Virus record (IMG/VR): IMGVR_UViG_3300023179_000094
Coordinates: 7,397 to 71,396 of that record
DNA length: 64,000 bases
DNA from: a virus
Direction: 5' to 3' (one strand)
The notes under the pieces were generated by a model. The model was given only the letters and a program-made list of their open reading frames with translations. It ran no database searches and was not told the origin of the DNA. Of this stretch, positions 45,403 to 55,294 are shown piece by piece. Both the position numbers and the translations under genes were made by a program. Numbering within the stretch: the first letter of the stretch is position 1; each line of letters begins with the position of its first letter.

Positions 45403-47436
45403 ATGATGATGGAAGATCTACCTTTTATGAACGAGAATTTGGTGTTTATCTTGGAAAAGCAAGGTCATCATGTCCAGGCTTCTAAAGACTCTGACGGATA
45501 CACTTTGAAGGGTATTGCAGCACAATTCGGAAAAGAAAACAATAATAACAGAATTTATGAAGAAACTGAATATCTTCCACACTTAGATTATTTGAACGAG
45601 AAAATCAAACAAAAGAGATTGGTTGGCGAGTTAGATCACCCTGAAAAATTTGATGTTTCTCTGAAGAATATCTCCCACATCATTGAGGATCTACAATACG
45701 ACAAAAGCGGAAGAGTACTTAAAATCAAGGTTAAATTGCTAGACACCCCTGCGGGTCAGATCGCCAAGAAATTGGTAGATGCAGGTATTCCTCTTTCAAT
45801 ATCTTCTCGTGCAGCAGGAAACGTAGGACCAGATAAAAAAGTACAAATCAAAAAAATCTTCACGTACGATCTTGTAGCAGATCCTGGTTTTCAAGATGCT
45901 CAATTAGAAAGAGTGTACGAAAGTGCCGGTTTTTCTTTTTCTGAGTTTTCAGATAGACACAAAAATTCTATTGTTAACGAGCTAAAATGTGTTAACGAGT
46001 CATTAGGTATCAAAAATGATTCGGGAGTGATGATATATAAGGTTGACGATAACGAAGAATTCAAAAAAATAATCAAACAAGATAAAAATAAAAATTACAC
46101 CATGGAGTCCAGAAAAGAATATGTAACGAGTGAAGAACTCAACAATTATTCCATTTTCCTAAAGAAAAAAATGGATGAGCTCGAGTCCCAAATCCGTGAG
46201 GCTAAGAATACGCAGAATTTGGTTGAAAGCTCAGATTCTTACACAGCAGAATTAGAAGAAAGAGTAGATCGTCTGGAGAAATATTGTGAATATCTCGCAG
46301 AAAACCTTGAGGCTTCTATCAAATATGGAGAATACGTTGCGGAGAATTTGGACAACTCCATCACTTACAGCAAATACCTTGCAGAAAATCTGGACAAGAA
46401 TATTTCCTATTCTAAATATCTGGCAGAGAACGTCGACAAGTCAATTTTGTACTCCGAGTATGTTGCAGAGAATGTGGACAAAGGCATCAACTACTCTAAA
46501 TATCTCGCAGAGAAGTTGGATGACAGCATTCAATATTCAGAGTACCTGGCAGAAAATGTGGATCACACCATTGCCTATTCAGAGTATTTGGCGGAGAATG
46601 TGGACAGAAATATTTCTTATTCCGAATATCTAGCAGAGAAGTTGGATAGAAACATTTCCTATGCGGAATATCTTGCTGAGAATTTGGATAAAGGCATTGC
46701 CTATTCCGAATACCTTGGCGAGAATCTCGATAAAGGTATTGCCTACTCGGAATATCTTGGTGAAAAATTGGAACAAGGAATTTCCTATTCCGAATATCTG
46801 GCAGAAAATGTAAACAGAACTATTTCTTATTCTGAATACATCGCCGAAAAATTGAATGGCACGATTTCGTATACCGAGTCTTTGTCAGAAAGCGTAGGTT
46901 ATCAACCGGTGGTTGAAAGAGACGCTAGGAGACAGGCAGAAGTCGCCTCAAGAACTGAATTAGCGGAGTCTGGTTTTGCTGGAGATTATACCAATCTCGG
47001 CAAACAGATTGATTTCCTAATTGAGTCGGTCCAAACCCAAAAGACCGAAACAAATCAAAGAAAGGCTGAGAGTAATTGGCAGCCTACTGCTGGAACCAAA
47101 AAAGCAGATCAAGTTCTCAACGAGAATTCAAACGCCATCTTTTCAACTGGCCACAAGTTCATCGACGAGATGCCAACAGAGTATGCTCCGATTTGGGAGT
47201 CGTTGAACGAAGGACAGAAGCAATCAATTATTGCCCAGTCTGCCTTCCACAATCTCAATACCCCTTATCAGATCAGAAATTTCTGGTCAACCCGTCAGTT
47301 TGGACCTAAGCCAATGGCTATGCAAAAATTGCACGAGAACGAAAACATATCAGAGTCTTCAAACACTCAGAAACCCGGTGCCTACAACAACGATTATCTG
47401 AGCTGGGTGGCTAAGTCACTAGAAGGCAAATTCTAA
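45403..47436 (+). CDS. Prohead protease (gp21-like) fused to scaffold domain
   Basis: ENNNNRIY, GELDHP, SHII, LDTPAG, ISSRAAG, YDLVADPGF; directly upstream of the MCP. Confidence 0.92.
   Translation: MMMEDLPFMNENLVFILEKQGHHVQASKDSDGYTLKGIAAQFGKENNNNRIYEETEYLPHLDYLNEKIKQKRLVGELDHPEKFDVSLKNISHIIEDLQYDKSGRVLKIKVKLLDTPAGQIAKKLVDAGIPLSISSRAAGNVGPDKKVQIKKIFTYDLVADPGFQDAQLERVYESAGFSFSEFSDRHKNSIVNELKCVNESLGIKNDSGVMIYKVDDNEEFKKIIKQDKNKNYTMESRKEYVTSEELNNYSIFLKKKMDELESQIREAKNTQNLVESSDSYTAELEERVDRLEKYCEYLAENLEASIKYGEYVAENLDNSITYSKYLAENLDKNISYSKYLAENVDKSILYSEYVAENVDKGINYSKYLAEKLDDSIQYSEYLAENVDHTIAYSEYLAENVDRNISYSEYLAEKLDRNISYAEYLAENLDKGIAYSEYLGENLDKGIAYSEYLGEKLEQGISYSEYLAENVNRTISYSEYIAEKLNGTISYTESLSESVGYQPVVERDARRQAEVASRTELAESGFAGDYTNLGKQIDFLIESVQTQKTETNQRKAESNWQPTAGTKKADQVLNENSNAIFSTGHKFIDEMPTEYAPIWESLNEGQKQSIIAQSAFHNLNTPYQIRNFWSTRQFGPKPMAMQKLHENENISESSNTQKPGAYNNDYLSWVAKSLEGKF
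46032..46039 (+). promoter_or_regulatory. Internal late promoter within the protease gene
   Basis: GATATATA upstream of an A-rich leader and in-frame ATG at 46102. Confidence 0.6.
46282..46890 (+). repeat. 14 and a half tandem 42-nt (14-aa) coding repeats, consensus YSEYLAENLDKxIS
   Basis: Counted from the translation; exact 42-nt period; synonymous positions diverged. Confidence 0.95.
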
Positions 47437-47462
47437 AAAAAACAAAAAAAATCTCTAAAAAA

Positions 47463-49190
47463 ATGAAACTAATTAATGAAGCTGAGATCTTCGATACCTG
47501 GTCGCCTATCATCGAACAGAAAGCTGGTATCACTGATCCTTCCAAAAAAGCGTGGTTGTCTAAGTACTGCCACTATCACTCCCTCAACGAGTCTGCCGGC
47601 GCATATCAGTCGTTGAACGTCGTCAACGGTATGGGAGCCGTTGCACCTCCTGTTTTCCCAGCTGCAACTCAAGCTGGCTCAGTTGGTGGTTACGGACCAA
47701 ACCAAGGATTCTACAGCCAATCTTGGCAAGGATCTGGCGATAAGTTTCCTTCGCTTTTGCCTTTGGCTATTCAGGTAGCTGCAAAAACCGTAGGTTTCGA
47801 TATCGTTCCAGTTATTCCAATGTCTGGTCCTTCCGGTGTTCTATCCTATCTGGATTATGTGTATGCTGGCGGTAAGCTCAGCCCACAATCTGTAGGTACT
47901 ACTGCAGCCGATGCCTTGGCCGCAGCTCCTGCTATGATTAAATTGCAGATAACCACCCAAACAGACATGTCTCTACTGGTAGTAGGACCAAGTACACCAG
48001 GGACTACTTTTTACATCACCAATGCTACATCAGCCGGAGCTTATATAACTACCAGATTTGTTGGTTTGTCCAGAATCGATGGTTTCCCAATCTTCGAAAT
48101 TATTGGTATGACAGAAGGAGAGTCAGTTGCATCTGTTATCAATGGAGGTGCTACCAAAGTTGGTACTTCAATAGCTGGAACCGAAGTTGGAACCACTACT
48201 GCTTCGGCTTCTTTGGTTAAGGCACTGGAAGATCACATTCAAGGTTTCTCTGGAGCTGGTTTCTATGACAACCAAAACTGGCAGGGTCCTTTCGTTGATG
48301 GTACCAAGACGTACAACCCGATGCTTAGAAGCGTAGGTGAAGAAAACTACTACAACTTGATGGGTCTTTCGACTTTCACAAAGTTTGTAGAAGCCGACAC
48401 TTTCCAAGTAGCTGCTTCCGTCACCACGGAGCAAATTCAAGACCTCAATAAGCAGTTCGGTATCGATGTCATTTCGATGATTGAGAACGCGCTGGTCAAT
48501 GAGGTTTCTCAGGCTATCAACAAGCACATTCTAGCCAGAGCTTTTGCTTTGGGCTGGTCTAACTGTTATGACTTCAACACAGTAGAAGGTCAAAATTTGA
48601 ATTTGAATCTGGTTATCGGTGGAACCGCTGGTTCTTACACCATTCCTTCTTATGTTGGAAAAACAGACCAGGCTTTGACCATGACTGGTACTGCAGGTCC
48701 TGCTTCTGGAACTTATGAGAACTTGTCAACTCTACAAAGAAGACTTTTCTCTCGTATCCTGGCAGCCGCTAACGTAGTAGCCAACAGAGGTAGAAGAGGT
48801 CCTGCTAACTTCATTGTCACCAACGCAAACTTGGCTTCGGCAATGCAGGATATCAGCCAGTTCACCTTTGCTCCTTTCACTAATACCTTGACTCAGAACA
48901 ACGGTACTTTGTACCCAGTTGGTTCTTTGGCCGGTATGACAGTGTATGTGGACCAAAACATGAAGTACAACGATACCAGAATCCTCGTTGGAAGAAAAGG
49001 TGGTGATGATGAGCCAGGTCTCAAATTCATGCCTTACATGATGGCAGAATCCATTCAGACAATCTCTGAAGGTACGATGTCTCCTAAAATCGCAGTTAAG
49101 TCTCGTTACGCTCTTGTAGAGGCTGGTTTCCACCCCGAAACCATGTATCTCTGCTTCCAGGTTAACTTGCCTGCTGGCGGTCTGGTTTAA
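47463..49190 (+). CDS. Major capsid protein (T4 gp23-like)
   Basis: TVGFDIVPVIPMSGPSG, TTEQIQDL, NEVSQAINK, RRGPANFIV, GSLAGMTVYVD, FMPY, PKIAVKSRYAL. Confidence 0.95.
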   Translation: MKLINEAEIFDTWSPIIEQKAGITDPSKKAWLSKYCHYHSLNESAGAYQSLNVVNGMGAVAPPVFPAATQAGSVGGYGPNQGFYSQSWQGSGDKFPSLLPLAIQVAAKTVGFDIVPVIPMSGPSGVLSYLDYVYAGGKLSPQSVGTTAADALAAAPAMIKLQITTQTDMSLLVVGPSTPGTTFYITNATSAGAYITTRFVGLSRIDGFPIFEIIGMTEGESVASVINGGATKVGTSIAGTEVGTTTASASLVKALEDHIQGFSGAGFYDNQNWQGPFVDGTKTYNPMLRSVGEENYYNLMGLSTFTKFVEADTFQVAASVTTEQIQDLNKQFGIDVISMIENALVNEVSQAINKHILARAFALGWSNCYDFNTVEGQNLNLNLVIGGTAGSYTIPSYVGKTDQALTMTGTAGPASGTYENLSTLQRRLFSRILAAANVVANRGRRGPANFIVTNANLASAMQDISQFTFAPFTNTLTQNNGTLYPVGSLAGMTVYVDQNMKYNDTRILVGRKGGDDEPGLKFMPYMMAESIQTISEGTMSPKIAVKSRYALVEAGFHPETMYLCFQVNLPAGGLV

Positions 49191-49208
49191 TTTTAACCAG
49201 CTAACACC

Positions 49209-49239
49209 AAAAACCCCAGGCGAAAGCCTGGGGTTTTTT
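49209..49239 (+). terminator. Rho-independent terminator after the MCP gene
   Basis: AAAAACCCCAGGC-GAAA-GCCTGGGGTTTTTT; perfect stem, GNRA loop. Confidence 0.92.
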
Positions 49240-49282
49240 GTTTGGGAAGAAAAGATATATAGATAAAAATAAAACCCCAGTC

Positions 49283-49864
49283 ATGGCAAAAGTACAAGAT
49301 TTCAATACCTATGTCGATTCACATTTCGGATCAAAATCCAATAATTCACATATTAAAGAAGGATTTATGGATTCCCTAGCTAATGCGATTGATTCAATAA
49401 TGCCATTTTCTAAAACCAAAACGGTCAATTTCATTGTAGACAATATTTTGGAATACGAAAAAGAAATGTTGAAGGCTAAATATGATCACATGAAGGATTT
49501 AGAAGCAAAAAGAAGAAAGATGAAAGAGCTAGACCAAACCGATCCTAATTATGATGATGCTGTTAAAGCTATAGAAAATGAGTTACAATCCAAAGAAAAA
49601 CAGTACAAAGCAATGATCAAATCAAAAACAGTGGCAATTGAAAGGGGAAGAGAATTAATGAGGAAAGAGGCAATTAAGTCACCTAGATTAAAAGAAATCA
49701 TCAAAGCAAAAGAAGCTGAGATGGATATTCTTCTGGCAGAATTTGAATACGATCTTGCTAAAAAAATATCAGCTGAAGCAGAAGAAATTCAAAATTTAAA
49801 AGATGCTATCCAGAAAGCAAAGGACGATGCCAAAGAAATGTTGAATAAATTGAGAAATCCTTAA
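49283..49864 (+). CDS. Coiled-coil putative internal virion protein
   Basis: ATG at 49283 follows late motif at 49254; KVQDFNTY N-terminus. Confidence 0.6.
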   Translation: MAKVQDFNTYVDSHFGSKSNNSHIKEGFMDSLANAIDSIMPFSKTKTVNFIVDNILEYEKEMLKAKYDHMKDLEAKRRKMKELDQTDPNYDDAVKAIENELQSKEKQYKAMIKSKTVAIERGRELMRKEAIKSPRLKEIIKAKEAEMDILLAEFEYDLAKKISAEAEEIQNLKDAIQKAKDDAKEMLNKLRNP

Positions 49865-49877
49865 AAAAAATTTTCAT

Positions 49878-50783
49878 ATGGTTTACAATTTTCGGCAATG
49901 GGATAAATTTACTTCTTTGAACGAAGCCAATGCTCTTGAAAAAATTTTCGGGTGGTTTGGTTCTATCTTCGGCGGAACTGTTTCTAAAATTGATTCTTAC
50001 CTAGAAGATATTATTCAGTTAGAGGAGGATTATGCTAAAGAGTGGGACAAAATTATGACAGACCTGGACGAGTTAGAGGTTCAGAAAGCACAAATTTCTA
50101 ACGATCCTGCGGAATCTAGAAAATTAGATAGGATGATTGATAGAAACGAAAAATTACTACAATCTGCATTGAGAAAAAAAAATTCTTCTATTTCGGACAT
50201 AGAAGATAAAGTTAGAAAATTAACAGAAAAAGATTCTAAACTAGTCTCCTATTGGAATTTGAAAAAAACTAAGGCAGAAAAGGATGTTGCCGAAAGATTG
50301 TATGATATTTCCAAAAAACTTACAAATCCTGATTTAGGGGAAGAGCTATACGACAAATACAAAAAAGCGGCTTTAGCTGCCAAAGAAAAAGACGAGGATT
50401 TCAGAAGAAAATATGGGGATATGAGGTTACCTGGATCCCCTTCTAAACATTCATATTCAGAATCCCCAACCATTCCAGAAAAATCTCGTATTTCAAAGGG
50501 TATTTTATCTAGAATTTTGAATATGCCAGATAAAGAATTTGAAAAACACGTTCAGAAGTTGGGACCATCTGAAATTAAAGATCTTAAATCTGATTTGATT
50601 AATGTAAAAAATGAAATGCTCAGATTAAGAAGTTTGGATTTAAAAGATTACGCACAAGATGCCTCTAGCAAAGGTCTTTCTAAAGCCGAAATCAAAATGG
50701 GTGAAAGTAATATACGTTCTAAACATTTAGCAAGAATTAGCGACACAAGGGATAAAATAACTTACTTGAATAGATATGTCTAA
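49878..50783 (+). CDS. Coiled-coil putative internal virion protein (distant paralog of the previous ORF)
   Basis: FTSLNEA leader, amphipathic helix, then coiled coil. Confidence 0.6.
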   Translation: MVYNFRQWDKFTSLNEANALEKIFGWFGSIFGGTVSKIDSYLEDIIQLEEDYAKEWDKIMTDLDELEVQKAQISNDPAESRKLDRMIDRNEKLLQSALRKKNSSISDIEDKVRKLTEKDSKLVSYWNLKKTKAEKDVAERLYDISKKLTNPDLGEELYDKYKKAALAAKEKDEDFRRKYGDMRLPGSPSKHSYSESPTIPEKSRISKGILSRILNMPDKEFEKHVQKLGPSEIKDLKSDLINVKNEMLRLRSLDLKDYAQDASSKGLSKAEIKMGESNIRSKHLARISDTRDKITYLNRYV

Positions 50784-51045
50784 AATTCTATTAAATTTAT
50801 CAGAATTTCCTTTAAATGAAGATGTAAATTCAGATTTGGTCAACGCCAAAAAGGCAGTTAATGATCAACTTCAAGCAATCAGAAATGAAATTCAGAATGA
50901 AAAGGAACAAACGGAAGTTTCGCAAAAAACAGCAAGTCTAAAAAAACAGGCAACACTGTATTCTGCATTACCTGCAATGTTGAACAAATTGGCTGCTTCC
51001 ATGGAAGCTAAAGAAAAATCCGGCGACAAAACAAACATTTACTAA
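50776..51045 (+). CDS. Small coiled-coil putative virion protein
   Basis: LSEFPLNED leader. Confidence 0.55.
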   Translation: MSKILLNLSEFPLNEDVNSDLVNAKKAVNDQLQAIRNEIQNEKEQTEVSQKTASLKKQATLYSALPAMLNKLAASMEAKEKSGDKTNIY

Positions 51046-51047
51046 AG

Positions 51048-53510
51048 ATGCAAAATTATTTCACACACAATCCAGCAGCAAGATCCATCATTTCGGATTA
51101 CATGAAACTGAATGAGAACTCTTCTGTGGATAATCTCCTGAAGAGAGCCACTGAAATTTGTCTTGATACATTCAAAAAAATTGTTTTCGATTTGGCTTCA
51201 CAAGAAAATCGTAACCCTGATGTTTTAAGAGCCATGTTAACGGATGTCGCATCTGCCAAAACTGTTAAAAGTTTGGTTGCCAAAATTAAAGATTATGCTT
51301 CAGAAGCAGACCTCGGGGATTCTAGGTTTTCTAAAGTCAAAAACATGTACATGAGTGCCTTGAATTCTATGGGGGATGCTTTAAAAAGACTCGTTGAAAT
51401 AGATTCAAAATTGGAAGATTCTATTATTGACACCTACAAAAACTCTGCTAATAGATTGATTTCTTCCTTGGATTCAATTGCATTGAGTTATTCTAAAAAG
51501 AAAGCTGCTAACGAATCTATGATTTACAATTTCAATCTAGATTCATTGAACGAATCCATATTCATCGGATTTAGAGGTAGAATCGAAAAATTGAGAAAAA
51601 AGTTGGTTAATTTGATTTCAGATTCCAAAGGAAAGGATGCAAAAAATGGATATGGTAGAGATTGGCAAAGACTTTTCACCGCTCTAGAACAAAAATTAGA
51701 TGCAATTGAAGATTCAAAGGATCTAACTGGAGAAAAGGACAAAAAAACATTGTCTGAATTAGAAAAACAAACAGATTCTCTTTCTGAGGAATATTACAGT
51801 TACAAAATCAAAACTGCAGAGATGAGCATGAAAAAGATCATTGATGATGATGAGCTTGTGACAAAATATTCGGATGTAAACCAAATTATTACAGATGCCT
51901 TAGATATCATAGCCAAAGCAAACACTCAAGAGTTATTGATCGATAAATCCATAAGAGAGGAAATGGATGATATGGAGCAGAAGATAATCCAAAAAGTTTT
52001 CCCGATCAAAATTGGGGCAAAGGACACAGACCTCAAATTTAAGAAGTCTGGTATCATCGCTGCTGTACAAAAATCCCTTATGGGAGCTTTCCCCCCGTTT
52101 AAAACTTTCCTTCAAAAACACGGAGGGGCAGACGGTAAATACGGAAGGGCAACTTCTATTGCGATTAAATCCATTCAATCTTTGTTAGGAAATAAAAATG
52201 CAAATGGAGAATTGGACAAACCCTTGTTCGATTCTTTATTGAAAATGGAACAGATATCTGCAGATAATAAGAAGATGCTGACAAAGGCTTTGGGAATTTT
52301 GAAGAAAACATACGCCATGTCAGAATCAAAAGTTCTTGATTTGGAAAAATTTTCGAAATTGTTTGAAGCTATTTTCATAGATGATGACGATTTAGAAAGA
52401 GAAATTGAGAAGAATTCTGCTGAATTATCAAATCTTCCGGACACAAAAACACCACAAAGTAAGGAAGAAAAAACAACAGAAGATTCGAATCTGGCAAAAA
52501 AATTGTCCAAATTACTCAGAAATGGCTACAACAAAAATGCTGAAGAAGAAGATTTTCTAAAAGAGGATGGTAGTTTGAAAAGTTCTTACCCAAATGAATT
52601 TGTAGAAGCTTGGATCAAAACAATAGAACAGAACAAAAATGAATCAGATAAACCTGCCTTTTTTTGGTTTCAAGAAGCTGATGAAAAAATAGGAGCTCTG
52701 TACTCCACCAAAAGATTGGCGGGAAATTACAAAAAACCTTACAACTGGGAAAAATGGAAGGTTTTTTCCGGCGCGGAAACGTCGGAAGATAAGGATTCTT
52801 TTGCTCGTTGGTACACAAGTTATTTTACTAGATTAGGTGGCTTACAGGATGATCAAAGGGAAAGGGTAGCTATTGAAATTTTGAATTTTTATTCTAATCC
52901 GAAAAACTCGACACAGGTGAATCCAAAGTTGGAAGAAGAATTTAAAGAATGCGCGGGTTTTTATGATGACATCAAAGATGCTCTGAGGGGAGGAAAATCT
53001 AACCCAGATTCTGATCCTTATGAATATTTCAAGCAAGGTTACTTGAATTCAGAAAGTTTGTCTAAAATATTGCAAGCTGCTTCTTCTGCATCCCAGATTG
53101 ATGATGAAGATCCAGATTTAGGATTTTATGATTTTTTAATTTTATCCGTTTGTGTTTTCTTGTGTTCTTCAACTGTAGCATGGAATTCTGAAAAGAAAAA
53201 ATGGGATTCTGCCATGAATATTCTGAAAGAAAAAGTTTTGAAAGAAAGCACAATTAAAAAAATTATGGACAATAAAATCATTGAAACCGATTCAAAATCC
53301 CCAATTCCGTTGCTCAACAAAGAAGGAGTAGAGGTTTTGACTAAAGGATATGATGGTAATTCTAAAAAGATTTTCAGGGAAAATTTCGAGAGAGCTTCTA
53401 AAGTTCTATCCCCGATCGTTCAGAGACACGCAGATAGAATGAATTATAAAGCTAAGGAAGACATCAAAACCTTTGATTCAAAGAACGTTTTCGTTGTTAA
53501 TCTGGACTAA
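51048..53510 (+). CDS. Large helical putative virion protein with peptidoglycan-binding-like domain
   Basis: IAAVQKSL...GADGKYGRATSIAIKSIQ...ANGELD matches the PG_binding_1 pattern; several LNE/LFE sites. Confidence 0.6.
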   Translation: MQNYFTHNPAARSIISDYMKLNENSSVDNLLKRATEICLDTFKKIVFDLASQENRNPDVLRAMLTDVASAKTVKSLVAKIKDYASEADLGDSRFSKVKNMYMSALNSMGDALKRLVEIDSKLEDSIIDTYKNSANRLISSLDSIALSYSKKKAANESMIYNFNLDSLNESIFIGFRGRIEKLRKKLVNLISDSKGKDAKNGYGRDWQRLFTALEQKLDAIEDSKDLTGEKDKKTLSELEKQTDSLSEEYYSYKIKTAEMSMKKIIDDDELVTKYSDVNQIITDALDIIAKANTQELLIDKSIREEMDDMEQKIIQKVFPIKIGAKDTDLKFKKSGIIAAVQKSLMGAFPPFKTFLQKHGGADGKYGRATSIAIKSIQSLLGNKNANGELDKPLFDSLLKMEQISADNKKMLTKALGILKKTYAMSESKVLDLEKFSKLFEAIFIDDDDLEREIEKNSAELSNLPDTKTPQSKEEKTTEDSNLAKKLSKLLRNGYNKNAEEEDFLKEDGSLKSSYPNEFVEAWIKTIEQNKNESDKPAFFWFQEADEKIGALYSTKRLAGNYKKPYNWEKWKVFSGAETSEDKDSFARWYTSYFTRLGGLQDDQRERVAIEILNFYSNPKNSTQVNPKLEEEFKECAGFYDDIKDALRGGKSNPDSDPYEYFKQGYLNSESLSKILQAASSASQIDDEDPDLGFYDFLILSVCVFLCSSTVAWNSEKKKWDSAMNILKEKVLKESTIKKIMDNKIIETDSKSPIPLLNKEGVEVLTKGYDGNSKKIFRENFERASKVLSPIVQRHADRMNYKAKEDIKTFDSKNVFVVNLD

Positions 53511-53551
53511 TCTAATCAATTTTACCTTATATTTGTTCCTATAATTTGAAT

Positions 53552-53908
53552 ATGAACAGAATTTTGTTTTTCATTTTTTTATTTTTTATTTCCTGCCGGG
53601 ATAATTTGAATATTGTACCTATAGATCCAAATATTTCAAAACAATTAACTTCAAGAGAGCTGGTTGATCCCATTGAAAGTATGAAAGCCCGAATGGAGAT
53701 TTATCCTTTATTTTTCGAGCTACAAAAATCTTTATCTGTATTCAAAATAGAGAACCCAGGTGAATTTAGAAAATTCGAAAGTTTACAAAATGATTTCACA
53801 CGTGCCAATTTTCTTAAGAGAAATAGAAAATTTATTAGAATCTGGAGGAGGTTAGGATATTCAAAAAAGGAACTTAATTCTATTAAACACATAGAACCGA
53901 TCAGATAA
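53552..53908 (+). CDS. Putative lipoprotein
   Basis: MNRILFFIFLFFISC lipobox-like; TATATTTG at 53528. Confidence 0.55.
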   Translation: MNRILFFIFLFFISCRDNLNIVPIDPNISKQLTSRELVDPIESMKARMEIYPLFFELQKSLSVFKIENPGEFRKFESLQNDFTRANFLKRNRKFIRIWRRLGYSKKELNSIKHIEPIR

Positions 53909-53917
53909 ATTATCTGA

Positions 53918-54760
53918 ATGGGTCAACAGCCTATTTATTTGCTGGTCTTTTATACGGAGGGATTCCCCCATGATGAGGGATATGATTTATCAAAGACTTC
54001 AAACGACATTAAAAGAGTTTTAAGTGGTGTTTTCACTGATATTTTTGATTTTACCCCCAGAAAATTAAAAAAAATTCCTGGATCGGATAATTTTTGCAAT
54101 TCTTTTGGGTCTGAATTGTTGTTGAATCCCGGATTAGACAAAGTTGGAAACGGAGACTTCAAATCTTTTTTAATACACCACCTTTTAAAGAAAATACCAG
54201 AAAATAGCATTTTGATTTATCATGATTCGAACTTCGAAAAATACCCACAATATTGGCAAACTGATTGGATTAGAATTAGAGATACTTGCAATTTTTTAAT
54301 GGACAGTAATTCTTCAGATTTTTTCATTCCGTGGGAAGAAAGAAATTTCAAAGGTGGATTTCCTTTGGTTAAGCATTTCGGTAAAAGGTACACAACTGAA
54401 TTTTTCTTTCCCGAACCAAAAATAAGGAATATCATAGAAGATAGTCCGATGATCACCTCAAACAGAATCATCATCAGGAATACATCCGAATCTAGGAAAT
54501 TTTTTCATGATTATAATCATATAAATGAAAATAAGGATTTACTTTCCAAATGGCCTAATCCATCACCACATCCAGAATTTATACACCATTGTCCAGAACA
54601 ACACACATTGAATTTACTTGTCTATAAATATATTTTAGATGGAAAATTGGAACCAACCTTTCCTAAATTTCGATTTCTTCATCGAAAAATGAGGTTGGAT
54701 GATTCTTTGGAAGAATACCAAAATCTTCCTTTATTAAATTACATAAAATCAAAAAAATGA
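53918..54760 (+). CDS. Putative glycosyltransferase-like protein
   Basis: FKSFLI..LL, ILIYHDS, HHCPEQHTLNLL resemble GT-A-like YxDx and HRxDQS motifs. Confidence 0.4.
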   Translation: MGQQPIYLLVFYTEGFPHDEGYDLSKTSNDIKRVLSGVFTDIFDFTPRKLKKIPGSDNFCNSFGSELLLNPGLDKVGNGDFKSFLIHHLLKKIPENSILIYHDSNFEKYPQYWQTDWIRIRDTCNFLMDSNSSDFFIPWEERNFKGGFPLVKHFGKRYTTEFFFPEPKIRNIIEDSPMITSNRIIIRNTSESRKFFHDYNHINENKDLLSKWPNPSPHPEFIHHCPEQHTLNLLVYKYILDGKLEPTFPKFRFLHRKMRLDDSLEEYQNLPLLNYIKSKK

Positions 54761-55293
54761 TCACAATATTTGAAGGTGCCAGAAATTCAGGAAAAACTTT
54801 TTTAGCAAACAAATACTCACAACAAACTGGAATTCCAATTTTCAAGTTTGAATTTGCAGGATGGTTTTCTGGGTTGATGATTCCAGACGAAGATCCCAAT
54901 ACACATTATTTTGCCTTGGGGAAGGAAGCTATGCTTCTCCAACTTAATAGGGATGGTCTTTTACCCCATTTCATTTTAGACCGGGGGTTTCTAACAGTTC
55001 TAACCTGGGGAATCATAAGTAAAAGAATATCACAGAAAGATGCTTTACAACAACTAAACCTTCTTAGGGATAAAGGATTACTTGTAAATTTGAAAGTTGT
55101 GGTGGTAGAAGGAACCAATCCAGAATCTAGAACAAAGGATAATTGGGATTTTAGAGAAGGTACCACGGAGGAAAAAGAAACCTTGATTAATCTTATTTCC
55201 GTGGTCAAATTAATTCAACCGGATATTGAAATTGTGAAACTTACCAACGATTTTACCCATATGACCACAAAAAATCTAATTAATTTGATTTGA
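54757..55293 (+). CDS. P-loop nucleotide monophosphate kinase (thymidylate kinase-like)
   Basis: IFEGARNSGKT, ILDRG. Confidence 0.7.
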   Translation: MITIFEGARNSGKTFLANKYSQQTGIPIFKFEFAGWFSGLMIPDEDPNTHYFALGKEAMLLQLNRDGLLPHFILDRGFLTVLTWGIISKRISQKDALQQLNLLRDKGLLVNLKVVVVEGTNPESRTKDNWDFREGTTEEKETLINLISVVKLIQPDIEIVKLTNDFTHMTTKNLINLI

Positions 55294-55294
55294 T

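Noticed and set aside
46282-46890. 42-nt periodic repeats as a CRISPR array
   Set aside because: No unique spacers; repeats are in-frame and vary at synonymous positions, so they are protein repeats.
49238-49282. TTG start at 49238 given by the ORF track
   Set aside because: It lies in the MCP terminator tail, upstream of the late promoter at 49254; ATG 49283 is preferred.
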